Shown here one piece after another: positions 39,484 to 49,719 of a stretch of DNA of 64,000 nt. The stretch covers positions 576,001 to 640,000 of the forward strand of contig CBDDTI010000746.1 of the NCBI GenBank assembly GCA_965233585.1. The letters are read 5' to 3'. The translations under genes and the position numbers were made by a program. This DNA is from a bacterium (lineage in GTDB: Bacteria > SAR324 > NAC60-12). Under the pieces are notes generated by a model, which had not been told where the DNA came from, searched no databases, and worked only from the letters and a program-made list of their open reading frames with translations. Positions within the stretch are counted from its first letter, which is position 1. Each line of letters opens with the position of its first letter.

Positions 39484-41150
39484 TGAGAAGCACGTGGCTT
39501 CAATTCAACAATTTTGAAACTGACAGAACGAGAAGAACGATCTACCATTGCTGAACAGGTAATGTCTGCTTTTCCCCTAAAATCATGCCAAGATTTATCC
39601 TTAAACAATAACTTCATTTGACTTGATTCTTGACCTAATTCAAAATTTTGAATCCCAAACACAGGTACAGGATTGCCATGTCCAAAAGGTGAAAGCCTCA
39701 AGATTTCTTCTGCCAGATGATTATTAAATTGCTTGGTTGAAATCCAAGTATCTACTTGCTTCTTCATTTGATGACTTTGACAGTGCTTTGAACAGCACAT
39801 TAAGAAACGTTCTTGAAATTCTTCTAAATGGACAAGTTCCAATTCCAGTCCTAACGCTTGTGAATGTCCACCAAATTTTAAAAGTAAATCTGAACATTGC
39901 TGCAAAATTTCATACAGATTCACCTTTTTATGGCTTCTAGCAGAACCTGCAATTTTACCTCCTCCAGAGTCTCCAAGAATGATGACAGGGCGACCAAAGT
40001 AAGATGACAGTCTTCCTGTCAAACTGCTAATCACTCCCTGATGCAAATTGGGAACATAAAACACCAAAGCACTCTGTTTAGGATTGCGATGCTCTTTAAT
40101 AATTTGTTGGAAGAATCTTTTTTCAATCTGGTATCTTTCTTGATTTAAAAGGACTGCTTCATGGGCTAATTGTTGAGCTTTCACATGAGATGTGGCAAGC
40201 AAAAGTTCTACTCCCAAATCTGGGAAATTAAGTCTGCCACAAGCATTGATTTTTGGAACTATTTGCAAAGCAATGTCATGTACATCAATTTCCCCAAAAA
40301 CACGTGTTTCACGGGCTAGGTGATGTAATCCAATACGGCATTTGTGATTCAAAAGCTCTATACCTTTCGTTACATAAAAGCGATTTTCCCCAAGCAAAGG
40401 GACATGGTCTGCAATGGTAGCTAGTGCAACCAAATCAAGATAGCGATGAAGTTCTGGGACAGAACACCCTTGCAAATCCCAATATTCCTCATCACTCAAT
40501 TTCTGCTGCAACGCCTCAATAAATTTGAAAGCAACACCTGTCCCGCACAAATCTTTGAAAGGATAGTGGCAGTCTGGTTGTTTGGGATTGACCAGTGCAA
40601 AAACATCAGGGAGTTGGTCAGGAACGTGGTGATGGTCTGTGATAATCAAATCTACTCCTGCCTTGACAATTTCCTTCACCTCTTCTACTGCCGTAGAGCC
40701 TTGGTCTACTGTGAGCATCACACTGGGTAAAGACCTCAACGCACGTCGGATTGTTCTGTGATTCAACCCCCTGCCCTCAGTCAGACGGTAAGGAAGGGTG
40801 TAATGAACACGTCCACCAATTTTCTTTAAATACATAAAAAGTAATGCAGTTGCTGAGATGCCATCAGCATCAGCATCACCATAAATCAAGATTTTTTCTC
40901 TCTTTTTAACAGCTTCAACAACTCTGCGAACTGCTTTTTCCATGTTGTGCATGAGAAAAGGGTTGTGGCAGCTTTCCCCGGAGGGATTCAAAAAATCTTT
41001 GGCTTCTGCTGTTGAACGGATTCCGCGGTCTTTTAAGATGGTTGCAATGGCTTCAGAGACTCTTAATTCTCTACAAAAGGAGCGAGTCACAAGTTTTCCG
41101 TGAAAAAAACTATAAAACTTTTGCCAATGAATTGGATTTTGTAAAGGCAT
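39468..41150 (-). CDS. recJ: Single-stranded-DNA exonuclease RecJ
   Basis: YGDADADG, TDHH, LCGTGVAF, TIADHVPL, GSARS, FGGH and PFGHGNP motifs. Confidence 0.93.
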   Translation of the reverse strand: MPLQNPIHWQKFYSFFHGKLVTRSFCRELRVSEAIATILKDRGIRSTAEAKDFLNPSGESCHNPFLMHNMEKAVRRVVEAVKKREKILIYGDADADGISATALLFMYLKKIGGRVHYTLPYRLTEGRGLNHRTIRRALRSLPSVMLTVDQGSTAVEEVKEIVKAGVDLIITDHHHVPDQLPDVFALVNPKQPDCHYPFKDLCGTGVAFKFIEALQQKLSDEEYWDLQGCSVPELHRYLDLVALATIADHVPLLGENRFYVTKGIELLNHKCRIGLHHLARETRVFGEIDVHDIALQIVPKINACGRLNFPDLGVELLLATSHVKAQQLAHEAVLLNQERYQIEKRFFQQIIKEHRNPKQSALVFYVPNLHQGVISSLTGRLSSYFGRPVIILGDSGGGKIAGSARSHKKVNLYEILQQCSDLLLKFGGHSQALGLELELVHLEEFQERFLMCCSKHCQSHQMKKQVDTWISTKQFNNHLAEEILRLSPFGHGNPVPVFGIQNFELGQESSQMKLLFKDKSWHDFRGKADITCSAMVDRSSRSVSFKIVELKPRASHWFQK

Positions 41151-41180
41151 GGTGTCTTCTTAATTTTGAAAAATCAAGTG

Positions 41181-42596
41181 TTATAAATCAAAAGTGAGCC
41201 GATTGACTCCATTAAATGCCGCAACTTGATACGCTTGGTCTAATGTAGGATAGTTGAAGACAGAATTCATAAAATAGCTGATGTCTCCTCCATAGTGAAT
41301 GACTGCTTGACCTAGATGCACAAGTTCCGGCGCACTTGGACCAATGATATGCACACCAAGTAATTTCAAAGTATCAGGGTCAAAAAGTAACTTCAGAACA
41401 CCACGATCCCCACCCATAATTTTAGCACGAGCCACTTCTTTAAAATATCCCATGCCAATTTCATAGGGAATTTGTGCTTCCGTCAATTCCTTTTCTGTTT
41501 TGCCAACAATACCAATGGGGGGGATTGTCCAAATGCCAGTTGCTAGATTATCAGGCAGACATTCATTTTGGATTTGGTCAAAAGCATGAAGTGTGGCAAT
41601 CCTTGCTTGCAACATGGCAGTAGAAGCTAAGGCAGGAAAGCCTATGACATCACCAACAGCATAAATGTTGGGTATAGTAGTTTGGTAAGTGTCGCGATTC
41701 ACCTCAATTAAACCATTTTGTCCAATCGCCAAATCTAACTTTTCAAGACCCAAATCATCAGTATTAGAAAGACGTCCTGTGGCGATTAAAGCTGCATCAC
41801 AAAGGAGCTTTTTGCCACTTGCGAGTGTCACCGTCACCTGCTTTGTGCCAACTGACTCCACCAGTTCCACATCTTCTCCAAAGCGAAGCGTGATGCGTGA
41901 CTCTCTCATCATCTCCTTGAGCTTATCTGCAATTTCATGGTCTAAAAACTTCAGAATGCTGTAATCCCGTGCAATCAAATTGACACGCACACCAAGTTTT
42001 GCAAAGATGCAAGCATATTCACAGCCAATCACCCCTGCACCGATAATTGCTAGTTTTTTAGGAATATATTGCAGCTGCAAAATTGAATCGGAGTCAAAAA
42101 TCTGCTTCTGGTCAAACTTAGCCCAATCTGGCAGAAAAGGACGAGAACCTGTTGCGATGATGAAATGTTTTGCAGAAATTTTGATTTTTTTAAGGCTGTC
42201 GTAACTGGCAAAGTTCAAAGTATTCGGATCAATAAAAGTACTTTGTCCACGCAAAAGAGTGATGTTTGTTTTTTCTAAATTGCGGTAATACGAACGTTCC
42301 TGCTGTGAAATTACAGATTTTTTGTGGTGCATCAGTTCACTAGCAGTGATGTCATTTTTGATGGAAATAGAGCCTTTGTTGGCTTGACGATCCAAATGTT
42401 GCAAACTCACCACCGTCTCCCAAAGCGATTTAGAAGGGATTGTGCCTGTATGCAAGCAACTGCCCCCAATATTTTTAGGGTCTTTTTCTATCAGCAACAC
42501 TTTCTTACGTAGCTTACTGGCTTGCATGGCAGCCTTTTCTCCTGCTGGTCCAGAACCCAAAATCACCATGTCATAATGCGTGTCAGGCTTCATCAA
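41181..42596 (-). CDS. sthA: Soluble pyridine nucleotide transhydrogenase
   Basis: GSGPAG, GGSCLHTGTIPSK (CxxxxT), GAGVIGCEY and VFNYPTL motifs. Confidence 0.92.
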   Translation of the reverse strand: MMKPDTHYDMVILGSGPAGEKAAMQASKLRKKVLLIEKDPKNIGGSCLHTGTIPSKSLWETVVSLQHLDRQANKGSISIKNDITASELMHHKKSVISQQERSYYRNLEKTNITLLRGQSTFIDPNTLNFASYDSLKKIKISAKHFIIATGSRPFLPDWAKFDQKQIFDSDSILQLQYIPKKLAIIGAGVIGCEYACIFAKLGVRVNLIARDYSILKFLDHEIADKLKEMMRESRITLRFGEDVELVESVGTKQVTVTLASGKKLLCDAALIATGRLSNTDDLGLEKLDLAIGQNGLIEVNRDTYQTTIPNIYAVGDVIGFPALASTAMLQARIATLHAFDQIQNECLPDNLATGIWTIPPIGIVGKTEKELTEAQIPYEIGMGYFKEVARAKIMGGDRGVLKLLFDPDTLKLLGVHIIGPSAPELVHLGQAVIHYGGDISYFMNSVFNYPTLDQAYQVAAFNGVNRLTFDL

Positions 42597-42654
42597 TCTC
42601 TCTCATAAATTCAAAGCAAAAACTGCCAATTCTACCATCATTCACTCCCATTGA

Positions 42655-43653
42655 CTACCTTACCTCAAAATAAACTTGAAACCCCTGCCCAGATTTTTTA
42701 GAATCTCCCAGTGTTTCATTTGCTGAAACAAATTGCCCCCTTTGCACTTGAACACGATTGAGTCTTCCATAGACTGAAAACTTTTGTAAACGATGTTCAA
42801 TAATCACAACACGCGACAATCCTTCTATGACGTCTGAAAAAACTACTCTCCCATCTGCAACTGCATGCACTTTCATTGGTTTCTGAGACTCAAAAATGAA
42901 CCCTTGAGTAGGTGTAGAAGTTGTTTTGCGAGTGATAGGAGAACGCCCTTGAACAGGTTTGGTGAGATTGTCCCAATTAATCGGTGGCTCTGCTTGGGAG
43001 ACCAACCTCTTGGCAGTGGTCAACTGCTTTTTTAAATGCCGCACACGATTTTGCAAGGGGACAATGTCCAAAGTTTGCAGAAACTTTTGACGTTCACGAA
43101 TATTTTGCTTCACGATAAAAAGCTCCTGTTTTTGTTGTTGTTCCTGTCTCAGCAAATGCTGATGAGTTTGATTGCGAAGGCTCCAAATTTTTGGGGCAAT
43201 CTCAGAAATGTCAAGATGATGAGAGGCAGACCACGCTTGCAAATCCGCAACCAACAGACGAGCAATGAGCTTGTGTTGAAGTCTCAACTGTGGAATGGTG
43301 CTAGATTGTGTGGCTAGATAAGCAACATATAGGTTTTGGATTCTCTTCTCAAAATTGGAGTATGACATCATGTCATCTTGGGAAGAAGACGGAGGCACAA
43401 CAGCCAGTTGTCTTAAAAGTTTTTGAATGTGTGCAAGGTCAGATAAAATTACCTGCTCTTTTTTCTGTGAATCTTGCAGTTTGACTTGACTGGTGTGTTG
43501 GGATTGTTGGAGCTGATGAAGTTTACTTTGTTCTTCTTGAAGTGCTGCTTGGAGCTTCTTGACAAAAGGTTGAAATGTTGATGGTTCATCTGCAAAAACT
43601 GATACAATACTGAACGTCAGATATAAAATAAGTAGTGCAAAATGAAGTTTCAT
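42655..43653 (-). CDS. EnvC-like coiled-coil protein with degenerate M23/LytM domain
   Basis: Signal peptide; coiled coil; VHAVADGRVVF...FSVYGRL...VYFEVR lacking the Zn-binding His residues. Confidence 0.75.
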   Translation of the reverse strand: MKLHFALLILYLTFSIVSVFADEPSTFQPFVKKLQAALQEEQSKLHQLQQSQHTSQVKLQDSQKKEQVILSDLAHIQKLLRQLAVVPPSSSQDDMMSYSNFEKRIQNLYVAYLATQSSTIPQLRLQHKLIARLLVADLQAWSASHHLDISEIAPKIWSLRNQTHQHLLRQEQQQKQELFIVKQNIRERQKFLQTLDIVPLQNRVRHLKKQLTTAKRLVSQAEPPINWDNLTKPVQGRSPITRKTTSTPTQGFIFESQKPMKVHAVADGRVVFSDVIEGLSRVVIIEHRLQKFSVYGRLNRVQVQRGQFVSANETLGDSKKSGQGFQVYFEVR

Positions 43654-45459
43654 CAAAACGATATTGAAAGCGTCAAAGAACGTGTCAACCTTGTTTCTCT
43701 TATGATGGACCGGGGGATTGTTTTAAAACAATTTGGAGACTATTATAAGGCAATCTGTCCGTTTCATCAGGAAAAAACGCCTTCTTGTTCTGTGAATCCC
43801 GCCAAAGGTGTTTACTATTGCTTTGGCTGTGGGGCGAAAGGAGATAGCATTCAATTTGTCATGCAATATGACAATCTGTCTTTTGCAGAAGCCGTGCTTG
43901 AGCTAGCAAAGTCTGCAGGAATCACACTAACACAAGCCACTCCAAAACAACCACATCCTGCATTTGAAGTCTTGAATCAGGCTTCGCTGTACTACCAACA
44001 ATCTCTTGCTCATCAGCCAACGCATTTGCAATATTTGGAGGATCGTCAGATTTCCCAACAACTTATTGAACACTTTGGATTGGGTTCTGCCCCTGATGAG
44101 TGGGATTCTCTGACTCGTCTCTTCATTTCTCAAGGTGTCAACACACAGCTTTTGCAAAACGTTGGGTTGACCAAAATATCTCAAAAAAATAATACAAATT
44201 ATGACACCTTCCGCAATCGCATCATGTTTCCCATTCGCGACGAAAGAGGTCGGTGTCTTGGATTTGGGGCAAGAGCGATTGCCCCTGACCAGCAACCTAA
44301 GTATTTGAACAGTCCTGAAACAAATTATTATCGTAAATCTCAAATTTTGTATGGAGTGTACGAGGCATCTTTGAGGCAAAGAGAGATGATTTTAGTAGAA
44401 GGCTATCTTGATGTAATCCGCATGCACCATCACGGATTCAGCAACACAGTTGCCACTTGTGGGACTGCCTTAACTGCCCAGCATATCCAAAAGTTAAAAC
44501 GAATCACTCAAAAACTAACTTTATTGCTTGATGGAGATGAGGCGGGGCATCGTGCCGCTTTGAAGTGTTGTGCCATGCTTCTTGAATCAGGAATGGAAGC
44601 CTCGGTAGCTTGTTTGCCTCCCAGCGAAGACCCCGACTCTTTTCTCCAAAAACACGGTGCTGATGCCATGACCCAAATTCTCAAATCCAAACGTCCTCTG
44701 TTTCAATATCTTGTCCATGAAACATTCAATCAGCCTCAACATGACGTACAAGGGAAAGTTCAGGCAGTGGACAGCTTAATCCAAGTGGCTCACACCGTAA
44801 AAAGACGAGACTTGCGAGAAATCATGCTGACTTCTATTGCAGAAACGGCAGGACTACCTTTGCAAACCATTTTGCAAAACTTCCAAAAATCCAAAACAAC
44901 TCATGCGTTCAATCAGCAACCTTTGAACCAGACCCCAACACTTCCAGACGAAGACGAACAAATCATTCTGGCGACAATGCTTGAATGCTATCACACGCTT
45001 GCAACGCAAAAAATATCCAATCCAACAGGCAAACAAACTCACAATAATACCAATGAATGTCTGCAAATTATTGAGTATTCCTTGGAGCCTGATGAATTTC
45101 AATCTCTTCTAGCAAAAGACATTTATCTTTTATTGCAGAAAAAGAAAGAAAATTTGAATGAAAAAGAATCTGTTGAAGATTTTGAAGATTTCACAAAGTG
45201 GACAAATGACCCCAATTTGTTGAATACATTCAACATGCTTTGGATCAAACGTCCATCAAGTGCAAGGTTAAATGATGTCAAATTGATCATCAGAAGAATC
45301 AAGGAGCAAGCAATCCGAAGGAACTTCGCCCAAAAGAGACAGGAAATTCCAGATGACATTGAAAAGATGAGATTAAGCCGTGAGGAACGAATGGAGCTTG
45401 CAGAATTGGCAGACCTGTTCCCTATTGGAAAAACAACACGAAGCAAAATTGTCAGGTAG
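43642..45459 (+). CDS. dnaG: DNA primase
   Basis: CPFHQEKTPS...CFGC zinc finger; RIMFPI, PKYLNSPET, VEGYLD and DGDEAG motifs. Confidence 0.96.
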   Translation: MKFHQNDIESVKERVNLVSLMMDRGIVLKQFGDYYKAICPFHQEKTPSCSVNPAKGVYYCFGCGAKGDSIQFVMQYDNLSFAEAVLELAKSAGITLTQATPKQPHPAFEVLNQASLYYQQSLAHQPTHLQYLEDRQISQQLIEHFGLGSAPDEWDSLTRLFISQGVNTQLLQNVGLTKISQKNNTNYDTFRNRIMFPIRDERGRCLGFGARAIAPDQQPKYLNSPETNYYRKSQILYGVYEASLRQREMILVEGYLDVIRMHHHGFSNTVATCGTALTAQHIQKLKRITQKLTLLLDGDEAGHRAALKCCAMLLESGMEASVACLPPSEDPDSFLQKHGADAMTQILKSKRPLFQYLVHETFNQPQHDVQGKVQAVDSLIQVAHTVKRRDLREIMLTSIAETAGLPLQTILQNFQKSKTTHAFNQQPLNQTPTLPDEDEQIILATMLECYHTLATQKISNPTGKQTHNNTNECLQIIEYSLEPDEFQSLLAKDIYLLLQKKKENLNEKESVEDFEDFTKWTNDPNLLNTFNMLWIKRPSSARLNDVKLIIRRIKEQAIRRNFAQKRQEIPDDIEKMRLSREERMELAELADLFPIGKTTRSKIVR

Positions 45460-45465
45460 GTCACT

Positions 45466-45486
45466 TGAAGGCACAACATGCCTTCA
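45466..45486. terminator. Hairpin between convergent genes, possible bidirectional terminator
   Basis: TGAAGGCA-caaca-TGCCTTCA; weak U-tract. Confidence 0.4.
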
Positions 45487-45497
45487 TTGGCATCCTT

Positions 45498-46199
45498 TTA
45501 AGGATAGGTAAAAGAAAGGCTGGCTTTGCCTAAAATCTTTGCATTGATTCTGATGAAGTTAAAAGAACCAGTACCTTCAAGGTAAGCCTGAAAAGCGACT
45601 TTTGCATCACCTGTCCAAAGGTTAAAATTAGCATCTTGATTGGTGGCAGGGGCTTTGTCTAATGCAAAAAGCACCAGATTGTATTGACTGCCTTCACGTT
45701 GTTTGGGTCCTAAATATCTGCTTCTGTTACCATTTCTACTCTGATGACGAATTGTTTGTCCATCAACAGAAGGATTGGTATTGGTAAGATTCAAACCCTC
45801 TGGAAGTTGAGAAACGGAACTCGGGAAAAGAGCAATCCATCTGACTGGTCTGGAATTATCACCTGTCGCTTCTAAAAGAAGACCAAAACCCTTAGTACCT
45901 GAAGGAACATTAGACCACGTCAAAGGTGGAGAAACATTTTGACCCCCAGAATAACCCCTTGTATCACAGCCTGTTGCTCCTCCTCCTGTACCGCAGACAT
46001 ATTTGTTCAGCATTCGTCCATTGCTAATGGCAGCAGAATTGATGCTGAATTGAGTGTTTTCTGGGGCAGGAGGATCCTCCTCTTTTTGATCTTTGCCACC
46101 ACTACTTTCGTTTTTGGATTTGTTGCATGAAGCAACAAAAATGCTCAGCAGCAGAACCAATATTCCAAACAAGAAACGGGAAGATGGAAAAGTTTTCAT
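45498..46199 (-). CDS. PEBP/YbhB-YbcL-like lipoprotein
   Basis: Lipobox VAS-C; GQNVSPPLTWSNVPSGTK, YLGP and LFALD motifs. Confidence 0.75.
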   Translation of the reverse strand: MKTFPSSRFLFGILVLLLSIFVASCNKSKNESSGGKDQKEEDPPAPENTQFSINSAAISNGRMLNKYVCGTGGGATGCDTRGYSGGQNVSPPLTWSNVPSGTKGFGLLLEATGDNSRPVRWIALFPSSVSQLPEGLNLTNTNPSVDGQTIRHQSRNGNRSRYLGPKQREGSQYNLVLFALDKAPATNQDANFNLWTGDAKVAFQAYLEGTGSFNFIRINAKILGKASLSFTYP

Positions 46200-46323
46200 A
46201 ATACCTAAAGGGTCAAAAGATTAGCCAAAAGACTATACTATAATCAGCTCAAAGGGAACTGTCAATTAAAACGTCAAACTGGCTAAAGATATGAAACACA
46301 TTTTGGACGTCTTTAAAATTAGA

Positions 46324-47217
46324 CTAGCAAGATTGAAGAAAACGATGGACTTGGATTTGATAACGTTTTTTGTAAGAACTGACTACTCCTTCCACACAGA
46401 GTTTTGCAGATTTTTTGGCAAGTAGAACCCAAAGCGGTAGTGGTTTGAATGACACCGTCCGAATCGGAAGTTTGGGATTCTGTAACGAAATCAATGTCAC
46501 ACCATTTGAAAGAGACTGTTGCTTGAGTAACAAACCCCTGACACGAATAAATTTGTTTTTAAAGCGAGAAAGTTTGATTTTTTTTGCATGTAGAGTTTTG
46601 GAATGATAGATGGAATTTTTTGAGGACATGACTGTTTTTTGCTCCTTAAATAGCCTTTTCAAGTAGCTCTTTCTTAATTTGGAACTCTTCCAGATTCCTC
46701 GTTTTTTATCAAATGCCATTCGCTCTGCTTTGATGTAAATTTTCTCATTTTCAGGACGTTGGAATCTGGTGTCAAAATAGCTGTAACCTTGTTGAATTAA
46801 GGCTAAATTGACCAACCTGTTACGAGACACCAAAAGACCAAGCATTCTGTGATAAGAACCGTAGAGGTTGTTTGGATTGACTGATAATTTCAGCTGGGAA
46901 CGTTGAAGCTCTTTTTCTAAAAACGCTTTGGCTAACATTCCATATTGGCGGTTTGTTCCTTTGTGAGAGGCAGAAAGCTCTGGAGTGTCCACATAAAGCA
47001 GACGCACGACTTCCGTTTTTGAAAAAGACCCATCTTGATTCAAATCTACTTTGAATGTATCGCCATCAATGACTTCACGCTTCATCTCAGAAATGTCAAC
47101 ATGTTCCCATTGATGAGCCAGAACAATTTGACCCAAGAGACAGATGACCAAGAAGGCAAAATAAGGCATCGTTTTAAGCCAAGTAAGGAACTTCTTGATG
47201 CAAAATTGCTTGTTCAT
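46324..47217 (-). CDS. Thermonuclease (staphylococcal nuclease) family protein with probable C-terminal OB-fold
   Basis: VIDGDT, VRLLYVDTPE, YGSYHRML, VNLALIQQG and RGIW motifs. True start may be 47169. Confidence 0.82.
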   Translation of the reverse strand: MNKQFCIKKFLTWLKTMPYFAFLVICLLGQIVLAHQWEHVDISEMKREVIDGDTFKVDLNQDGSFSKTEVVRLLYVDTPELSASHKGTNRQYGMLAKAFLEKELQRSQLKLSVNPNNLYGSYHRMLGLLVSRNRLVNLALIQQGYSYFDTRFQRPENEKIYIKAERMAFDKKRGIWKSSKLRKSYLKRLFKEQKTVMSSKNSIYHSKTLHAKKIKLSRFKNKFIRVRGLLLKQQSLSNGVTLISLQNPKLPIRTVSFKPLPLWVLLAKKSAKLCVEGVVSSYKKRYQIQVHRFLQSC

Positions 47218-49513
47218 CTTCTGTCAAAATATATTCTATTTTGAGCGCATCAATCAATTTTTGGTTGTCATCAATATTCAAAACTTCAGGGTCTTCAAAT
47301 CCCAGTAACATTTTTAAAATTCTTACAAAGATCACTCTGGGTGTTTCTATGGTGCGGGCAGAAATTCGTAAATACATCTCCTGCCCATTATTGTTAAACT
47401 GACGAGTTTCTGGACAGAACGGAATCTTTTCAGAATTGCTTGTGTAATATCCATAGGGCAAGAACTTCATCTCTGCAAAAGAAAGCAAAAACTCCATCGC
47501 AGTATCACTAACTCCAAGATTAGCTAGGTAGTAATTTTCTTTAAAGGGAGCTTCAGGGTCATATTGTTCTAAAAGATGGTCTAAATAGTTAAAAAACGTA
47601 TGTGGCTTTTCTAAAATCTCCAAAATACCCAATGCTCTTTCTGATGCGAGATGATGACAAACACGTTTCAAGTTGTATAAAATCTCTGGCTGGAAAGGGA
47701 GATAAGGACTTTGCGTCACTTTCTTCTGTTTGGCATTGAGCTTGAGCTTGGGGGAGTCTTTCTTTTCATCAGTCTGGTTGATGCCTTCTATCTCAGCAGT
47801 GTTTAAAGGATCGGCTTCTTGTTCTTCTTCTTTTGACAAACCTGCTGTCACAGACTTCACTCTTGACTTTTCTAGCATCGGCTGAATCCAACGATCATAA
47901 TCTTGCTCAAAACGATACATTTCAGAAAGCTCATCTGTCAAAAGGTCATCTATAAACCACTCCAAACGCAAGACCATTTTCCATTTTTTTTGTAAATACG
48001 TTAAACGGATTTTGAGACTTTTTTCTACATGGTCTTGAAGGTCTTCCAAACTGCATTCATCAGGGAGTTGCTGATAAAATGCCTTCAAGAAAAAAATCTC
48101 CTGCAACACACTTTGACGCCTCAAGAGAACGACATGAATTTGTGTGCTAATCTGTTCTACGTCTTCTTGGGAGGCTAATGCCTCAAAGGCTTCGCTTGGT
48201 GATTCAAAAGACTCAAAAGACCCCACAGTGTATCGGTGAAACGATTTGAGGTAGTTGTTTAGCATCGTCTCAATTTGACTCAACTCAGATGCAAAATTTT
48301 GAGACATTTGAGATGTCATTTTGGGAAGGAGGGTAGATTTGACCAATGCTTGTTCTACTGTGGTCGCAGACTCTTGCCACGATTGCACAAGATTGATGCT
48401 TCTTTCCACCAACTTTCTGGAGGCTGTCACTGTTTTTTGTAGAAACTCCCATGACGCCCCTGAAAACTCCAAAGACCTCCAAATCTTGCCTATCAAAATT
48501 TGCAAATCCACCATGAATGCTCCCAATTTGACAATGTCTTCCTCCCATTTTTTAAAAACAGAGCTGAAGTAGTTAAGTTGTTTCTTTTCAAACTGAAGTA
48601 ACGCTTTGATTTTTTCATCTGACCAGTCTTCTGGCTTGGTCAGCTTCTTCTGAAGACGTGATTCAAAGAACTCGTAAGCCTCAAAAGAACAAAGCAGAGT
48701 ATCTATGTTGGTTCGCACCAAGTCAAAACGTCCTTTTTCCAAGAGCTGATAAGCACCTAAGGACTTGCCATGAGCTGGGTCAAAACGTGCAAGTTTGGCA
48801 GGCAACTTTTTGACATGTTGGAAGGCGTGAGCCAAGTCAAAATTGGGACAAAATGGTTGTTTCAAGAAGTCCAGACGTGCTGAATCAATGGTTTGGTTTA
48901 ACTCCCGTAATTGTGAAAAATATTGGTTCGCTTGGCTCATTTTGTCCCATGGCAAGCGTGAGAAGTGCTGCTGCTTGTCTTGCTGGTCTAAATCCTTGAC
49001 AAACGTTTCATGTTGTGTCACGAAGTTTAAAATCTGCCCTTGTAGGTCTTCATTGAGAATAGGAGACAAGTAGTATTGATCAGGCTTCTTGATGGCTTGT
49101 GTCAGCTTTTTCTTCTTTTGCCATGCCAAGTGGATAGAAGCATGAAGAGTGGAACCTGCTGCTTCAATCTCGTAATAGCCATTCTCCAAAGAAAGGTAAA
49201 TCCACTCAATGTAACGTTCTACCAAAGCAATGGATTGCAAATAATCATGACGATGCAACTCAAAGTGATGTTCACTTCGGCAGCTAGAGACCATGCGTTG
49301 TGTCATCTCATTGATCATTGCCAGACCTTGCACAACCTTCATCTGTGCATTGGCACAAATTGCGGGTTGTTCTTGCTTCAAAAACGAGCTGATCTGTGTG
49401 TTGCTCTTGGCAACTTTGTTGCGAATCTGGCTTAAAACGAATGGCAGCTTTCTCTGATGGTCTAATTCAGATTGGGTCTGCTTTAACTTGGCAATGAGTT
49501 TTTCTGTATTCAT
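47174..49513 (-). CDS. Large helical hypothetical protein (779 aa)
   Basis: Long uninterrupted ORF; no recognised motif. Confidence 0.7.
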   Translation of the reverse strand: MNTEKLIAKLKQTQSELDHQRKLPFVLSQIRNKVAKSNTQISSFLKQEQPAICANAQMKVVQGLAMINEMTQRMVSSCRSEHHFELHRHDYLQSIALVERYIEWIYLSLENGYYEIEAAGSTLHASIHLAWQKKKKLTQAIKKPDQYYLSPILNEDLQGQILNFVTQHETFVKDLDQQDKQQHFSRLPWDKMSQANQYFSQLRELNQTIDSARLDFLKQPFCPNFDLAHAFQHVKKLPAKLARFDPAHGKSLGAYQLLEKGRFDLVRTNIDTLLCSFEAYEFFESRLQKKLTKPEDWSDEKIKALLQFEKKQLNYFSSVFKKWEEDIVKLGAFMVDLQILIGKIWRSLEFSGASWEFLQKTVTASRKLVERSINLVQSWQESATTVEQALVKSTLLPKMTSQMSQNFASELSQIETMLNNYLKSFHRYTVGSFESFESPSEAFEALASQEDVEQISTQIHVVLLRRQSVLQEIFFLKAFYQQLPDECSLEDLQDHVEKSLKIRLTYLQKKWKMVLRLEWFIDDLLTDELSEMYRFEQDYDRWIQPMLEKSRVKSVTAGLSKEEEQEADPLNTAEIEGINQTDEKKDSPKLKLNAKQKKVTQSPYLPFQPEILYNLKRVCHHLASERALGILEILEKPHTFFNYLDHLLEQYDPEAPFKENYYLANLGVSDTAMEFLLSFAEMKFLPYGYYTSNSEKIPFCPETRQFNNNGQEMYLRISARTIETPRVIFVRILKMLLGFEDPEVLNIDDNQKLIDALKIEYILTEDEQAILHQEVPYLA

Positions 49514-49531
49514 AGTTTTTTACCTGCATTG

Positions 49532-49640
49532 TGTTATAATTCTAAATCGGCTCAGAGCCGAGACATTCGTAAATTTTTAGTGAAGATGCCATCTTTCATG
49601 CGGAAGAAGGCATCTTTAGTGACTTCTGACTAAAAAAAGA
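49532..49640 (+). promoter_or_regulatory. Extended -10 promoter and hairpin-rich leader upstream of dxs
   Basis: TGtTATAAT at 49532-49540; palindrome TCGGCTC-A-GAGCCGA; stem GAAGATGCC/GGCATCTTT at 49582-49617. Confidence 0.5.
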
Positions 49641-49719
49641 ACCTCTTAACTATCCCAAAAAATTTCTGATTGTCCTGACTCCAAACTTCCAAATGTTTTG
49701 CCCGAAAAAACTTTGAGAC

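Noticed and set aside
49540..49719. TPP riboswitch or SRP RNA
   Set aside because: Lacks the CUGAGA/CCUGA TPP core and the SRP CAGG-GNRA-AGCAG motif.
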